DNA of 58,563 nucleotides from an uncultured Actinomycetes bacterium (GTDB lineage: Bacteria > Actinomycetota > Thermoleophilia > UBA2241): positions 1 through 58,563 of the forward strand of contig CAVWIH010000032.1 in the NCBI GenBank assembly GCA_963755025.1. The letters run 5' to 3'. How positions within the stretch are numbered: position 1 is the stretch's first letter; each line of letters starts with the position of its first letter. Below the pieces are notes generated by a model. It did not search any database. It saw only the letters and a list, made by a program, of their open reading frames with translations, and had not been told where the DNA came from. A program made the translations under genes and the position numbers. This document shows positions 56,612 to 58,563 of this stretch, piece after piece.

Positions 56612-57937
56612 GGTCCCTGGCCTTCTGGGCCTTGTGCCTCCGGGGCGGGCCGGGGCCGGCGCGCGCGCCGGGTGGCGGCCAGCCGCGGGCCGGCGCCCGC
56701 CGCGGACGCCTACCCAGCGGTCGCCCGGGGCCTCGGGCCGGCGCCCACCCAAGGCCCCTGGGCGGCGGGCAGGGCTTTGCCCTTCTGGCCGCCCTGCTGA
56801 TCGCCTCTATCGCCCTGCTCGCCACGGCGTCGCTGGTGGCCCTCGCCCTGTCCAGCTCGTCGATCTCCGCCGACGACGCCTCGTCGGCGCGGGCCGCCGA
56901 CCTCGCCCGCACCGGCGTGGCCGATGCCCTCGAGCGTCTGCGCTGGGGCTGGGCGCCCCTCAGCGCGACGTCGCTGCCGGCGTCCTTCGGGCCCGTCTCC
57001 ACCGCCAGCGGCTCCTATACGGTGACTATCGCCGCGCTGTCTTCGACCGACCCCAGGCCGCCGCTCGACGCCGCCTGCGCCATCGCGCCCACGGACCCGG
57101 CTCTGGTCGCCTGCCGCATAAGCGCGACGGGCGCGTGGGGACAGGCGCGGCGCACGGTCAGCGTCACCGCCCTCTCGAGCCCCGACGCCCTTCCGCGCGG
57201 CCTCGTCGTGGGCGGCGACGCCGTGCTGCAGGCGGCCACGCGGCTGCAGGGCTGCGGCCTGTACGCCGGCGCCGACGTCGTCGGACGCGAGTGGGCCACA
57301 CCGTCGCCCGGCGCCGACCTCGCCTACGGTGGGCTGTACGAACAGAGCGCCGTGCACGCCGTCGGGCACATCTTCTCGGGTGGCGCCGAGGAGCACTCGG
57401 CGCCCGGCGCTCCGCCGGGCGACACCGACGCCGATCACGGGGTGCGCGCCGCCGGCCAGCCTTGTGGCGGCGCCCAGCGCCGCCGCCCTGGGCGCGCTCG
57501 CTTGTCACGGCGCCGACCCGGGCGCCGCCCTCGGGCCTTCCGGGCTCGACCTCACCCTGCTCGACCCCGCGCCGCCGGCCGTCGCCGCCGGCGCGCCCGC
57601 GCCGACCGGCGGCGCCATCTACGTGCTCGACGCCGAAACCTCAGCGCTCGATCTGTTCGGCGAGCGCCTCGCGCCGCCCCAGGCCTGCCCGCTCACCATC
57701 GTCGTGCTGGGTGACTGCACCGTCGGCGAGGGCCCCGGCGGCCCGGCGACCTCGCTCGAGGGGGCGCTGGTGGTGACGGGCACCCTCACAGTCGGCGGGC
57801 CGCTCAGCGTCGCGGGCGGGCTGTATGCGGGGCGGCTGGTCGTGCGCGCGCCGCTCACGGTCGACGCCGGCGGCCTCACGGGCGCCGCGGTCGCCCCGGG
57901 TCGCGCCAACGTGCGCGACGTGTGGTGGCGCTGGTGA
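56608..57937 (+). CDS. PilX-like minor pilin (extra base near 57445; start uncertain)
   Basis: GQG|FALLAALL with no Glu5; A..LARTGVADAL; ISATG; beta-rich GALVVTGTL..GGLYAG; ends WWRW. Confidence 0.7.
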
Positions 57938-58111
57938 ACCGTGGCGGACGCACCGCCGTCGCCAGTGGTCGGCGGCGCCGGCCCCGCAAGCGCGCGTTCC
58001 GATCCCCGCGGGCCTCGGCAAGTGCGCTTTCGATCACCGCGAACGTACCGGCGCGGCGACCGCGCCGGGCCGCGCCGTGCTCGGCCGCCAGGCCCGCGTC
58101 GATCTTTGACC

Positions 58112-58139
58112 TAAAGCGCGGTGCGGAACGTGCCGACAA
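58112..58139 (+). promoter_or_regulatory. Sigma28/WhiG-type promoter for pilM
   Basis: (C)TAAA-N16-GCCGACAA, about 35 nt before the pilM ATG. Confidence 0.65.
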
Positions 58140-58173
58140 ACTGCCTGGAGAATAGAGGCGAACGGGGTAGGTC

Positions 58174-58563
58174 ATGGCGAAGAACGGAATGCGTGTGGGT
58201 CTCGACCTGGAGCAGTCCTCCATAGCTGCGGTCCAGGTCAAACCCGGAAAGCAGCACAACGTGCTGACGCATGCTGCGATCCGCGGACTTCCCGAGGGAC
58301 TCGTGTTCGAGGGTGAGGTCGTCGATCAGGACGCCCTGGCCAACGAACTCAAAATCCTCTGGAAAGAGGGCGGTTTCGCAAGCAAAAGCGTCGAATTGGG
58401 CGTGGCGAACCAGAAGATCGTGGTACGCACCATGGAGTTTCCTCAGATCGACGAGAAGGAGCTGCGGGCCGCTATCGAATTCCAGGCCCAGGAGCACATC
58501 CCCATCCCTGTCGACGAGGCCATCCTCGACTACAAGGTCCTCTCAACGCACGCCGCCGACGAC
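58174..58563 (+). CDS. pilM: Type IV pilus alignment protein PilM (truncated by window end)
   Basis: VGLDL..SSIAAV, LPEGLVFEGEVVD, GVANQKIVVR, FQAQEHIPIPVDEAILDY. Confidence 0.92.
   Translation, partial: MAKNGMRVGLDLEQSSIAAVQVKPGKQHNVLTHAAIRGLPEGLVFEGEVVDQDALANELKILWKEGGFASKSVELGVANQKIVVRTMEFPQIDEKELRAAIEFQAQEHIPIPVDEAILDYKVLSTHAADD

Overview
High-GC chromosomal segment with every gene on the + strand. It most likely comes from a deep-branching actinobacterium such as Thermoleophilia; this is inferred from whiA/rapZ/yvcK, a Gram-positive SOS box, a 6S RNA behind aspS and Firmicute-like synteny. Gene order: acidic C-terminal tail (probably rpsA)-coaE-SLT-uvrB-uvrA-uvrC-ogt-rapZ-yvcK-whiA-gap-pgk-tpiA-gpmI-secG-oppABCDF-PPIase-hyp-recJ-relA-MBL-hisS-aspS-6S RNA-hyp-rrf2-nifS-nifU-mnmA-DUF948-YtxH-like-RsbW-like-sigB-like-alaS-ruvX-aroE. 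A type IV pilus cluster follows: pilB-pilT-pilC-orphan sigma-c-di-GMP-I riboswitch-two pilins-ABC/PilG-like module-pilD-four minor pilins-pilM. Single-base indels break at least a dozen genes, including aspS and alaS, so most frameshifts are read as long-read assembly errors. Main observations: (1) mnmA has no in-frame start before its SGGVDS motif and joins nifU through an A AAA AAA -1 slippery site, giving a NifU-MnmA fusion that may be recoded. (2) The pilus cluster carries repeated TAAAG-N14/16-nCGA sigma28/WhiG-type promoters, a predicted OFF-type c-di-GMP-I riboswitch, an MshEN-like PilB and its own SigB/F-family sigma. (3) A structured, terminator-containing leader of unknown class lies before oppA. 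No CRISPR array, tRNA, rRNA or mobile element was seen.
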